Assembly (NCBI GenBank): GCA_052146595.1
Contig: JBKQMT010000038.1
Coordinates: 5,893-69,892 of the forward strand
Direction: 5' to 3'
DNA length: 64,000 nucleotides
From: Acidimicrobiales bacterium
GTDB lineage: Bacteria > Actinomycetota > Acidimicrobiia > Acidimicrobiales > Bog-793
The notes under the pieces are model-generated. The model saw only the letters and a list, made by a program, of their open reading frames with translations, was not told the origin of the DNA and made no database searches. Below, piece by piece: positions 52,882-64,000 of this stretch. Both the position numbers and the translations under genes were made by a program. How positions within the stretch are numbered: the stretch's first letter is position 1; every line of letters begins with the position of its first letter.

Positions 52882-53876
52882 CGGCTCTCACGAGTGCGGC
52901 CAGCGCCGCTCCGGTCAAAGAGGCTCTCCGGCGCCGGTTCGCCCGGCGCGGCGGGCGGGGGTACGCCGCCGCCCGTTGGACAGCCGCGGGCATCTTCCTG
53001 GCCGTGCTGCTGGGCCTGGTGGCGAGCATCGCCATCGACTCGAGCCAGGCGCTGGCGCGCTCGGGGATCGGTTTTTTGTGGTCCGGCACCTGGAACCCGA
53101 CCGCCAACGAGTACGGGGCCGGCGTCCTCGTGGTCGGGACGATCGTCACCACGTTCGTCGCCATGGTCATCGTCGTCCCGGTCGGCCTCGGCATGGCGGC
53201 CTTCCTCTCCGAGCTGGCTCCCCGCTGGCTGGCCGGCTCGCTGTCGACGGCGATCGAGCTGCTCGCCGCCGTGCCGAGCATCGTCGTCGGACTGTGGGCC
53301 CTGTTGGTGCTGTCGCCGCTGTTCGCGAACTACCTCGAGCCGTTCCTGAAGGCCGTCCCCGGGCTGGAGTGGTTCTTCCATGGCCCCGCCTACGGCCCGA
53401 GCATCTTGCTGGCTTCGGTCGTGCTGGCCGTCATGACCCTGCCCACCGTCGTGGCGCTGAGCCGCACGGCGCTCTCGGGGGTCGCCCTCGCCGACCGCGA
53501 GGCGGCGATGGCTCTCGGCGCCACCCACTGGCAGGTCGTGCGCGAGGTCGTCTTCCCCGGAGCGCGTTCGGGGATCGCCGCCGCCCTCACGCTGGCGGTC
53601 GGTCGGGCTCTCGGTGAGAGCATCGCGGTGGCCATGGTCATAGGCAACAGCCCGGCCGTGCCCCACTCGCTCCTCTCGACAGGTGCCACCTTGGGCTCGG
53701 CGATCGTCAACCAGTTCGCCGAGGCCGCGCCGGGCATCGGCACGAGCTCGATCATCGCCCTGGCCGCCGTGCTGCTGGTGCTGACGCTGGCCGTCAACGC
53801 CGGTGGGCAGGCACTGCTCCGAGGCCTCCGCCCGGGCCGTCCGGGGCGTGCGGCCGGCACCGGGGTGAGGCCATGA
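52878..53876 (+). CDS. pstC: Phosphate ABC transporter permease PstC
   Basis: A multi-TM permease whose EAA-like loop (REAAMALGATHWQVVREVVFP) is typical of PstC. It overlaps the pstS stop. Confidence 0.85.
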   Translation: MTALTSAASAAPVKEALRRRFARRGGRGYAAARWTAAGIFLAVLLGLVASIAIDSSQALARSGIGFLWSGTWNPTANEYGAGVLVVGTIVTTFVAMVIVVPVGLGMAAFLSELAPRWLAGSLSTAIELLAAVPSIVVGLWALLVLSPLFANYLEPFLKAVPGLEWFFHGPAYGPSILLASVVLAVMTLPTVVALSRTALSGVALADREAAMALGATHWQVVREVVFPGARSGIAAALTLAVGRALGESIAVAMVIGNSPAVPHSLLSTGATLGSAIVNQFAEAAPGIGTSSIIALAAVLLVLTLAVNAGGQALLRGLRPGRPGRAAGTGVRP

Positions 53877-54808
53877 GCAGCGTCCTCGGTACTGCCCGGG
53901 CGGCGGACTCCGGAGCGGACGCGGGCGACGACCCCGAGGCGAGGTGGAGCTGGGACGCCCGAGAGCTCCGGCGTCCTGTGATCCAGGCCGCCGCCCGCCG
54001 CACCCTCGGTCGCCGGCGCCTGGCGGGCAGGCTTGTCCAGGCCCTGTGCGTGCTGAGCGCGGCGATCGGGCTCGCTCCCCTCGTCGCCTTGGTCTACTAC
54101 ACGGCCGACCGAGGCCTTGGCGGGCTGTCGATCGGCTTCCTCACCCACGCTCCCGTGCCCGTGGGGATACCCGGTGGCGGGATCTCGACAGCCATCGTCG
54201 GGAGCGGGGAGATCGTCGGGCTCGCCCTCGTGATGGCGATCCCTGTCGGGCTCATGGCGGCCTTGTTCCTCCACGAGCGGCGGGGGCACCTGGCGAGCGC
54301 GATCCGCTTCGGCGCCGACCTGCTCACCGGGGTGCCCTCCATCGTCATCGGCATCTTCGCCTACGCCCTGCTCGTGCGCCCTCTCCATCACTTTTCTGAC
54401 CTGGCCGGCGCCTTCGCCCTTGCGGTCTTGATGTTGCCGATCATGATCCGGGCGAATGAGGAGGCCATGCGCACCGTCGCAGTCGACCTGTGGGAGGCCG
54501 GTGTGGCGCTCGGTGCCCGGCGCTCTCGCGTGGCCCGGTCCGTGGTGCTGCGCGGGGCGCTGCCCGGGCTCGTGACCGGCAACCTGCTGGCGGTGTCGCG
54601 CGGCGTGGGAGAGACCGCGCCACTGCTGTTCACCGTCGCCGCGCCGAGCTTTGCCATGACCCTGCTCATCTACACCGAAGGGACCCAGCCCTTCCCCGCC
54701 GCCCAGCAGACGGCGTGGGCGACTGCGCTCCTGTTGCTCATGTTCGTGCTGGTTCTGAGCGGCGTGGCTCGCCTCGTGGCCTGGCACCTCACGCGCAGGG
54801 CCCGGTGA
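53873..54808 (+). CDS. pstA: Phosphate ABC transporter permease PstA
   Basis: A multi-TM permease with the loop [32 protein letters not shown]. It overlaps the pstC stop. Confidence 0.85.
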   Translation: MSSVLGTARAADSGADAGDDPEARWSWDARELRRPVIQAAARRTLGRRRLAGRLVQALCVLSAAIGLAPLVALVYYTADRGLGGLSIGFLTHAPVPVGIPGGGISTAIVGSGEIVGLALVMAIPVGLMAALFLHERRGHLASAIRFGADLLTGVPSIVIGIFAYALLVRPLHHFSDLAGAFALAVLMLPIMIRANEEAMRTVAVDLWEAGVALGARRSRVARSVVLRGALPGLVTGNLLAVSRGVGETAPLLFTVAAPSFAMTLLIYTEGTQPFPAAQQTAWATALLLLMFVLVLSGVARLVAWHLTRRAR

Positions 54809-54845
54809 GCCCGGCGTGGTCGGGCCCGAAGTGGGGAGGCCTCTT

Positions 54846-55772
54846 GTGACCGACGACGGCCGGTCTCTCGGGCCCGCCGGCGCGGCCGGGGCGACCGGTG
54901 CGACCGGTGCGGCGCCGGCGGCTCGCTCCGCGAGCGTGCCCACCCCGGCGTCGGTGGCCCTCGAGGCGACCGCACGGGCAGCGGTGCGCCTCGAGCCCGG
55001 AGCCGAACCCGCCGTCACTCTCGAGAACGTGCGGGTGTCCTTCGGCGAGCATGTCGCGGTCCGCAACGTGACCCTCGCCCTGCCCGCCCGTCAGGTGACC
55101 GCCCTCGTCGGTCCCTCGGGCTGCGGGAAGACCACCGTGCTCCGGGCCATCAACCGCCTCCACGACCACACGGGCGGGCGGGTCGAGGGGTCCATCCGTC
55201 TCGGCGACATCGACGTCTACGCGCCCGACACCGACCCCGAGCTCGTCCGTGCCCGGATCGGGATGGTCTTCCAGAGACCGAACCCGTTCCCCACCATGAG
55301 CATCCTCGACAACGTCACCTCCGGGCTCCGCTTCAACGGGATCCGCAACAGGGCCCAGCTGCGCGAGGCCGCCGAGTCGGCGCTGCGCCACGCCGCCCTG
55401 TGGGACATAGTCAAGGACCGGTTGCACCAGACGGCCCTGCGGTTGTCCGGGGGCCAGCAGCAGCGGCTCTGCATCGCCCGGGCGCTGGCGATCGAGCCGG
55501 ACGTGCTCTTGATGGACGAGCCGTGCTCGGCCCTGGACCCGATCGCCACCGCCAAGATCGAGGACCTCATCACCCACCTCGCCGCCGAGGTCACCATCGT
55601 CCTTGTCACCCACAACATGTTCCAGGCCGCACGCGTGTCGGACAACGCCGCCGTGTTCCTGCTCGGCGAGGACCGTGTCGGCGAGCTCGTCGAGGTGGGG
55701 CCCACGGTCGAGATCTTCGACTCGCCCCGAGACGAGCGCACAAAGCAGTACGTCACCGGCCACGTCGGCTGA
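54846..55772 (+). CDS. pstB: Phosphate ABC transporter ATP-binding protein (with Ala/Gly-rich N-terminal extension)
   Basis: Walker [10 protein letters not shown], the signature [14 protein letters not shown], and Walker B LLMDEP. GTG 54846 follows GGGGAGG by 6 nt. The true start could be further downstream. Confidence 0.9.
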   Translation: MTDDGRSLGPAGAAGATGATGAAPAARSASVPTPASVALEATARAAVRLEPGAEPAVTLENVRVSFGEHVAVRNVTLALPARQVTALVGPSGCGKTTVLRAINRLHDHTGGRVEGSIRLGDIDVYAPDTDPELVRARIGMVFQRPNPFPTMSILDNVTSGLRFNGIRNRAQLREAAESALRHAALWDIVKDRLHQTALRLSGGQQQRLCIARALAIEPDVLLMDEPCSALDPIATAKIEDLITHLAAEVTIVLVTHNMFQAARVSDNAAVFLLGEDRVGELVEVGPTVEIFDSPRDERTKQYVTGHVG

Positions 55773-55844
55773 GCGCGCCGAGGGCGGCCCGGACCGTACC
55801 GGGGCGCCTCCGGCACCTCTCCGCGGGCGTGGGAGGATTGGCTC

Positions 55845-59116
<3,272 letters not shown>

Positions 59117-59119
59117 GCC

Positions 59120-60685
59120 GTGGCCAGAATCCTCGTCACCGAAAAGCTCTCCGCCCCTGGCCTAGAGCTCATGGCGCGAGCAGGTCATGTGGTCGACGTG
59201 CAGCTGTCGCTCACGCCCGCAGAGCTCCTCCAGGCCGTGCCCGGGGCGGCTGCCCTCGTCATCCGCTCTGCCACCAGCGTGACGGCCGAGGTGCTCGAGG
59301 CAGGACGAGACCTGGTCGCGGTCGGGCGCGCAGGCATAGGGCTCGACAACGTGGACGTCGAGGCGGCGACACGACGTGGCGTGATGGTGGTCAACGCCCC
59401 GCAGTCGAACATCTTGTCGGCGGCCGAGCACGCGCTCGCCCTGATGCTGGCGCAGGCCCGCAACATCCCCCAGGCCCATGCCGCCCTCGTGGAGGGACGG
59501 TGGGAGCGCTCGAAGTGGGAGGGCGTCGAGCTGCACGGCAAGACGCTCGGCATCATCGGCCTGGGTCGCATCGGCTCGCTCGTGGCCCAGCGCGCGGCCG
59601 CCTTCGGGATGCGCCTGCTCGCCTACGACCCGTACGTGACCGCGGACCGGGCGCGCCAGATCGGGGCCGAGCTCTTGGACCTCGGGGAGGTCTTCGCCAA
59701 CTCCGACTTCGTGAGCATCCACCTTCCGAAGACGCCCGAGACGCGTGGGCTCATCGGCAAGGATCTGCTCGCGAAGGCCAAGCCGGGCATACGCATCGTC
59801 AATGCCGCCCGCGGCGGCATCCTCGACGAGGAGGCCCTCGCCGACGCCATCGCCTCGGGACAGGTCGCCGGTGCCGCGCTGGACGTCTTTGCCGCCGAGC
59901 CGTGCACGTCCTCGCCCTTGTTCGAGCTCGAGCGGGTCGTCGTCACTCCCCACCTCGGCGCCAGCACGGCCGAGGCACAGGACAAGGCGGGCGAGCAGAT
60001 CGCCGAGCAGATAGTGCTCGCGTTGGCGGGTGAGCTCGTCCCCTACGCCGTCAACGTCGCAGCCGGAGGCTCTTGCGACGCCGTGCGGGCCTTCCGCCGG
60101 GTGGCCGAGCGCTTGGGCACCCTGCTGGCGTCGTTGTGCGACGGGGTGCCGGGCAATCTCGAGATCGAGTACCAGGGAGAGCTCGCGGCCGAGGACACCC
60201 GGGTGCTGACGCTTTGCGCGCTGAAGGGCGTGTTCGCGGCCGCGACCGAAGAGCCGGTCTCGTATGTGAACGTCCCCCGCTTCGCCAAGGACCACGGCTT
60301 GGAGGTACGAGAGTCCTCGACGACCGTGGCCGGCGATTACGTGAGCAAGGTGACGCTGCGCGGCGGCGGCCACGCCGCCTCGGGCACCTTAGGGTCGGCG
60401 GGCGCCGAGCGGATCGTCATGGTCGACGATCACGCCGTCGAGCTGCCGTTCGCGGCGAACTTGCTGATCGTGCGCAATGACGATCGCCCGGGGATGATCG
60501 GGATCGTCGGCACCGCTCTCGGCGATGCCGGGGTCAGCATCACGAACATGGCGGTCGGCCAGACATCGGGAGGCGGCACGGCCTTGATGCTGCTCTCGAC
60601 GGATCGGCCGGTGCCGAGCGAGCTGCTCGACCGGGTCCGGACAGCGGCCGGCATTCTCGACCTCCACAGCGTCGCCGGCGCCTAG
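59120..60685 (+). CDS. serA: D-3-phosphoglycerate dehydrogenase (long form with ASB and ACT domains)
   Basis: GIIGLGRIGSLVA (NAD-binding), NAARGGI and PHLGAST. The C-terminal ACT segment is LLIVRNDDRPGMIGIVGTALG. The protein is 521 aa. Confidence 0.9.
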   Translation: MARILVTEKLSAPGLELMARAGHVVDVQLSLTPAELLQAVPGAAALVIRSATSVTAEVLEAGRDLVAVGRAGIGLDNVDVEAATRRGVMVVNAPQSNILSAAEHALALMLAQARNIPQAHAALVEGRWERSKWEGVELHGKTLGIIGLGRIGSLVAQRAAAFGMRLLAYDPYVTADRARQIGAELLDLGEVFANSDFVSIHLPKTPETRGLIGKDLLAKAKPGIRIVNAARGGILDEEALADAIASGQVAGAALDVFAAEPCTSSPLFELERVVVTPHLGASTAEAQDKAGEQIAEQIVLALAGELVPYAVNVAAGGSCDAVRAFRRVAERLGTLLASLCDGVPGNLEIEYQGELAAEDTRVLTLCALKGVFAAATEEPVSYVNVPRFAKDHGLEVRESSTTVAGDYVSKVTLRGGGHAASGTLGSAGAERIVMVDDHAVELPFAANLLIVRNDDRPGMIGIVGTALGDAGVSITNMAVGQTSGGGTALMLLSTDRPVPSELLDRVRTAAGILDLHSVAGA

Positions 60686-60701
60686 CGGCCGGTGCCCGGC
60701 G

Positions 60702-61205
60702 GTGCCCGAGGTCAACGCTGAGCATTTCCGCCGGGTGATGGCCTATGTGCCGACGAGCGTCGCGGTCGTCGCCGGGATCGTCGACGGCGCCCCGAAGGGC
60801 CTGTCCGTGGGCACGTTCGTCCCCGTCTCGCTCGACCCCCCGCTCGTCGGCTTTTTCGTCGCGAACACCTCGAGGAGCTGGCCGCCGATCAGAAGCACGG
60901 GATCGTTCTGCGTCAGCGTGCTCGGCCACGACCAAGCCGGGCTCTCCTCGCGCTTTGCGGCGAGCGAGGCCGACAAGTTCGACGGCGTCGAGTGGCGCCC
61001 GGCACCGTCGGGGAACCCGGTGCTGGTGGGAGTGGTGGCCTTTGTCGACTGCGACATCGAGCGCGTCGTCGAGACGGGGGACCACATGCTCGTGCTCGGT
61101 CGCGTGCTCGACATGGGCGTCGTGTCCGGCCAGACCCCCCTGGTCCACCATCGCAGCAGCTACGGCCGCGTCGCCGGGAGCACCGAGTGGGACGCTGGCG
61201 GCTAG
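60702..61205 (+). CDS. Flavin reductase family protein (NAD(P)H-FMN oxidoreductase, RutF/HpaC-like)
   Basis: FRRVMAYVPTSVAVVAG, SVGTFVPVSLDPPLVGF, and FDGVEW. The protein is 167 aa. Confidence 0.7.
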   Translation: MPEVNAEHFRRVMAYVPTSVAVVAGIVDGAPKGLSVGTFVPVSLDPPLVGFFVANTSRSWPPIRSTGSFCVSVLGHDQAGLSSRFAASEADKFDGVEWRPAPSGNPVLVGVVAFVDCDIERVVETGDHMLVLGRVLDMGVVSGQTPLVHHRSSYGRVAGSTEWDAGG

Positions 61206-61222
61206 TCGGCCCGAGGGAAAGC

Positions 61223-61251
61223 TTGACGGACCCGGGTCCGTCCACCACAAT
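61223..61251 (+). promoter_or_regulatory. Candidate promoter for the leuA leader (TTGACG-17 nt-CACAAT)
   Basis: TTGACG (61223-28) and CACAAT (61246-51) are separated by 17 nt. The predicted start is a few nt upstream of the leader-peptide ATG at 61262. Confidence 0.4.
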
Positions 61252-61261
61252 CACTGGTGAC

Positions 61262-61303
61262 ATGACGAACGAGCGGCTCAGCCAGGTCCTCCTTCTTACC
61301 TGA
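61262..61303 (+). promoter_or_regulatory. leuA leader peptide ORF (MTNERLSQVLLLT*) with three consecutive Leu codons
   Basis: atg acg aac gag cgg ctc agc cag gtc ctc ctt ctt acc tga. A hairpin (61305-61328) and an intrinsic terminator follow immediately. Confidence 0.55.
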
Positions 61304-61332
61304 CGGCGAGCGCCCCTCCGCGCTCGCCAACG

Positions 61333-61362
61333 CCTCCTGCGCCTTCGGCCAGGAGGTTTTTT
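61333..61362 (+). terminator. Intrinsic terminator / attenuator in the leuA leader
   Basis: The stem cctcctg(c)gcc / ggc caggagg closes a ttc loop and is followed by tttttt. It ends 79 nt upstream of the leuA ATG. Confidence 0.7.
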
Positions 61363-61440
61363 GTTGGCCGGGCGCTGGGAGGCTGACGGCACGAGAAGGT
61401 GGGAGGAGGGCCCGGGTGCGCCCCGACTATGGAGCGAGCG

Positions 61441-63003
61441 ATGAGCGAGAAGGTGGTCATCTTCGACACGACACTGAGGGACGGCGAGCAGTCGCCGGGG
61501 ATCTCCCTCGACCCGGGCGAGAAGCTCGAGATCGCCGAGCAGCTCGCGCGCCTCGGCGTCGACTACATCGAGGCTGGTTTCCCCGTCTCGAGCCAGGGCG
61601 ATTTTGAGGCCGTTCAGACCATTGCCCGCACCGTCCAAGGCCCGGTGATCGCCGCCCTTTCAAGGACCCAGCTGGCCGACGTGGACCGCTGCTACGAGGC
61701 GCTGCGTGACGCTGAGCGCAGCCGCATCCACATCTTCATCTCGACGAGCCCGAGCCACATGGAGCACATGTTGAAGATGAGCGAGGATCAGGTGCTCGAG
61801 GCGGTGCGCATGGGGATCGCGAGGGCGCGGGAGCACACCGCGGATATCGAGTTCTCGCCCCAGGACGCGACCCGCACGCCGCTCGACTTCATGCTCGAGG
61901 TGCTGGCCACGGCGGTACAGTCCGGCGCCACAACCTTGAACATCCCCGACACGGTCGGCTACGGCATCCCTTGGGACTACGGCGACCTCCTGACCCATGT
62001 CCGCGACGAGATAGCCGGCGACTACGTCGTCTCGACCCACTGCCACAACGACCTCGGCCTCGCCGTGGCGAACAGCCTTTCGGGAGTGCGCGCCGGTGCC
62101 CGCCAGGTCGAGGTCTGCGTGAACGGCCTCGGCGAGCGTGCCGGCAACGCCGCCCTCGAGGAGGTGGTCATGGCGCTCAAGATCCGCGGGGACCAGTTTC
62201 CTGGTTTGGAGACGAACGTGAGGACCAAGGAGCTGTCCCGCACGAGTCGGATGGTGTCACGCCTCACGGGTTACCAGGTGCAGTGGAACAAGGCGGTCGT
62301 GGGCAAGAACGCCTTCGCCCACGAGTCGGGCATTCACCAGCACGGCGTGCTCAAGGAGCGCTCGACCTACGAGATCATCGACGCCGCCTCGGTGGGCCAG
62401 GAGGGCGGCCAGATCATCCTCGGCAAGCACACCGGGCGTCACGCCTTCGCCGACACGCTGCAGAAGCTCGGCATCGTGGTCCAAGGCGACGCCCTCGACG
62501 CGGCCTTCGCCCGATTCAAGGAGCTGGCGGATCGCAAGGTACAGCTCACCGACGCCGACCTCGAGGCGATCGTCGCCGAGGAGCTCGGGACGGCGGTCGA
62601 GGAGGGCTTCGTGCTCGACGTGCTCGACGTCCAGGGGGGCACGGTCGGGTTGCCCCGGGCGAGGGTCGTCGTGAGCCGCGACGGCCACAAGTCCGAGGCG
62701 ACTGCCGAAGGCGACGGGATGATCGACGCCACCTGCAAGGCGATCAAGCAGGCGACCGGCATCGAGGCCAAGCTCACGGACTTCAACGTGTCGTCTGTCA
62801 CCGGTGGCATCGACGCCCTCGGCGACGTCGTGATCCAGCTCGATTCCGACGGCGTGCGGGCCTCGGGTCGCGGGCTTTCGACCGATGTGGTCGAGGCCGC
62901 CGCTCGTGCCTATGTCGCGGCCACCAACCGCGTGATCCGCGCCAGGGCCAGGACGGCCGCTGCCGGTCCGGATGCCGTCCGCCGGAGCGAGGCGATCCCG
63001 TAG
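61441..63003 (+). CDS. leuA: 2-isopropylmalate synthase
   Basis: VVIFDTTLRDGEQSPG, HCHNDLGLAVANS, and AHESGIHQHG. ATG 61441 was preferred; ATG 61429 and the track start 61399 are alternatives. Confidence 0.92.
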   Translation: MSEKVVIFDTTLRDGEQSPGISLDPGEKLEIAEQLARLGVDYIEAGFPVSSQGDFEAVQTIARTVQGPVIAALSRTQLADVDRCYEALRDAERSRIHIFISTSPSHMEHMLKMSEDQVLEAVRMGIARAREHTADIEFSPQDATRTPLDFMLEVLATAVQSGATTLNIPDTVGYGIPWDYGDLLTHVRDEIAGDYVVSTHCHNDLGLAVANSLSGVRAGARQVEVCVNGLGERAGNAALEEVVMALKIRGDQFPGLETNVRTKELSRTSRMVSRLTGYQVQWNKAVVGKNAFAHESGIHQHGVLKERSTYEIIDAASVGQEGGQIILGKHTGRHAFADTLQKLGIVVQGDALDAAFARFKELADRKVQLTDADLEAIVAEELGTAVEEGFVLDVLDVQGGTVGLPRARVVVSRDGHKSEATAEGDGMIDATCKAIKQATGIEAKLTDFNVSSVTGGIDALGDVVIQLDSDGVRASGRGLSTDVVEAAARAYVAATNRVIRARARTAAAGPDAVRRSEAIP

Positions 63004-63067
63004 GGGACCGTTGCCAAAGACTGAGCAGAACTGAGTCCTGCCCGGCGGGCGACCACGAACGGTCCCC
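63003..63067. terminator. Long hairpin between convergent leuA and leuD (possible bidirectional terminator)
   Basis: A perfect 10-bp inverted repeat, ggggaccgtt (63003-12) and aacggtcccc (63058-67), separated by 45 nt. There is no flanking U-tract. Confidence 0.3.
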
Positions 63068-63082
63068 GGTCGCCTCGAGCCG

Positions 63083-63679
63083 TCAGGCGGTCACCCTCGG
63101 CAGGAAGGAGGGCCGCCCCGCCTCGTAGCTGTCGATCTCTTGCGCGTGCTGGGCCGTGACACCGATGTCGTCCAGGCCTCTCAACAGCCTGTCGCGGGCG
63201 TCGTCGTCCAAGCGGAACGGTGCCGAGATCCCGACCGCGGGCGCCTCGACGAGGCGCCTGTCCACGTCGACGACGATCTCGAGAGACGGGTCCGCCCTGA
63301 CCGCTTCCAGGATCGCCCGGCCGTCCGCCTCGGAAACCTCGGCGGGCACGAGCCCGGAACGGGTGGAGTTGTTGCGGAAGATGTCCCCGAAACGGGGGCT
63401 GACGACGGCATGGAACCCGAAGTCGACCAGAGCCCACACGGCGTGCTCCCGGGACGAGCCGGTGCCGAAGTTCGGGCCGGCGACGAGGATCGTCGCCCCG
63501 GCATGGTCGGGATCGTTGAGCACGAAGCCCGGGTCGTCGCGCCACTCGGCGAACAGCCCGGCACCGAAGCCGGTCCGCTCGATGCGCTTCAGCCACTCGC
63601 TCGGGATGATCTGGTCGGTGTCGACATCGGAACGCTCCAGCGGCACCGCCCGCCCTGTCACCACGCGCACGGGTTCCAC
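63083..63679 (-). CDS. leuD: 3-isopropylmalate dehydratase small subunit
   Basis: GRAVPLERSDVDTDQIIPSEWLK and GPNFGTGSSREHAVWAL. GTG 63679 lies 3 nt after the leuC stop. The track ORF extends upstream into leuC. Confidence 0.9.
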   Translation of the reverse strand: MEPVRVVTGRAVPLERSDVDTDQIIPSEWLKRIERTGFGAGLFAEWRDDPGFVLNDPDHAGATILVAGPNFGTGSSREHAVWALVDFGFHAVVSPRFGDIFRNNSTRSGLVPAEVSEADGRAILEAVRADPSLEIVVDVDRRLVEAPAVGISAPFRLDDDARDRLLRGLDDIGVTAQHAQEIDSYEAGRPSFLPRVTA

Positions 63680-63681
63680 GT

Positions 63682-64000
63682 TCAGGACCCGAGGTCGGCC
63701 GGGGTGGCGAACCGGCCGACAACCGAGGTTGCCGCGGCCACCGCCGGGGAGACGAGATGGGTGCGGCCGCCACGTCCTTGGCGACCCTCGAAATTCCGGT
63801 TCGAGGTCGAGGCGCAACGCTCCCCGGCCGAGAGCTGGTCCGGGTTCATGCCGAGGCACATCGAGCAGCCGCTCTCGCGCCACTCGAAACCGGCGTCGAT
63901 GAAGACGCGGTCCAGTCCCTCGGCTTCCGCCTGGCGCTTTACCATCCGGGAGCCAGGCACGACGAGCGCACGCAGGCCGGGACGGACCCTGCGCCCCTGC
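63682..64000 (-). CDS. leuC: 3-isopropylmalate dehydratase large subunit, C-terminal part (5' end outside the window)
   Basis: [11 protein letters not shown] and the aconitase signature [14 protein letters not shown]. The frame stays open to the window edge. Confidence 0.9.
   Translation of the reverse strand, partial: QGRRVRPGLRALVVPGSRMVKRQAEAEGLDRVFIDAGFEWRESGCSMCLGMNPDQLSAGERCASTSNRNFEGRQGRGGRTHLVSPAVAAATSVVGRFATPADLGS

Noticed and set aside
54891-54911. 9-bp tandem duplication gcgaccggt gcgaccggt gcg, encoding GATGATGA in the putative PstB N-terminal extension.
   Set aside because: It is a very short, in-frame, low-complexity Ala/Gly segment. It may even lie upstream of the true pstB start, and no functional implication can be supported.

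Overview
Visibly high-G+C chromosomal core region with a gene order typical of Actinomycetota. About 60 protein-coding genes are packed tightly, and many show 4-nt start/stop overlaps. I found no rRNA, tRNA, CRISPR array, transposase, integrase, phage gene or recognisable defence system, and no obvious transcription-factor gene.

Two classic actinobacterial synteny blocks lie side by side:
- Block 1: argS-lysA-hom-thrC-(no thrB)-rho-rpmE-prfA-prmC-tsaC-rpiB-glyA, a complete F1Fo ATP synthase operon (two atpI-like genes, a, c, b, b', delta, alpha, gamma, beta, epsilon), then murA.
- Block 2: iscS-mnmA ... ligA ... gatCAB-ilvD-ilvBNC ... pstSCAB ... serC/aspC-serA ... leuA / leuDC.
- The two blocks are joined by a treS, maltokinase-like and galT-like cluster.

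I do not see a clear novel multi-gene system. The observations most worth a second look are:
1. A TreS-coupled maltokinase homolog that has lost both predicted metal-ligand residues.
2. An ATP synthase with several elaborations: duplicated N-terminal domain in delta, C-terminal tail on alpha, insert in gamma, and two low-complexity inserts in epsilon.
3. Two textbook-looking leader-peptide attenuators upstream of ilvB and leuA.
4. Two unexplained intergenic repeat arrays, an 18-bp tandem array and a 21-bp phased array.
5. An empty thrB slot replaced by 773 bp of non-coding DNA ahead of rho.
6. A 2H-phosphoesterase/GNAT fusion protein.
7. A nucleoside phosphorylase gene whose coding signal runs upstream past a T5 run with no in-frame start codon.

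All functional calls rest on motif recognition in the supplied translations and on remembered family knowledge. No database search was run, and start codons are best guesses.
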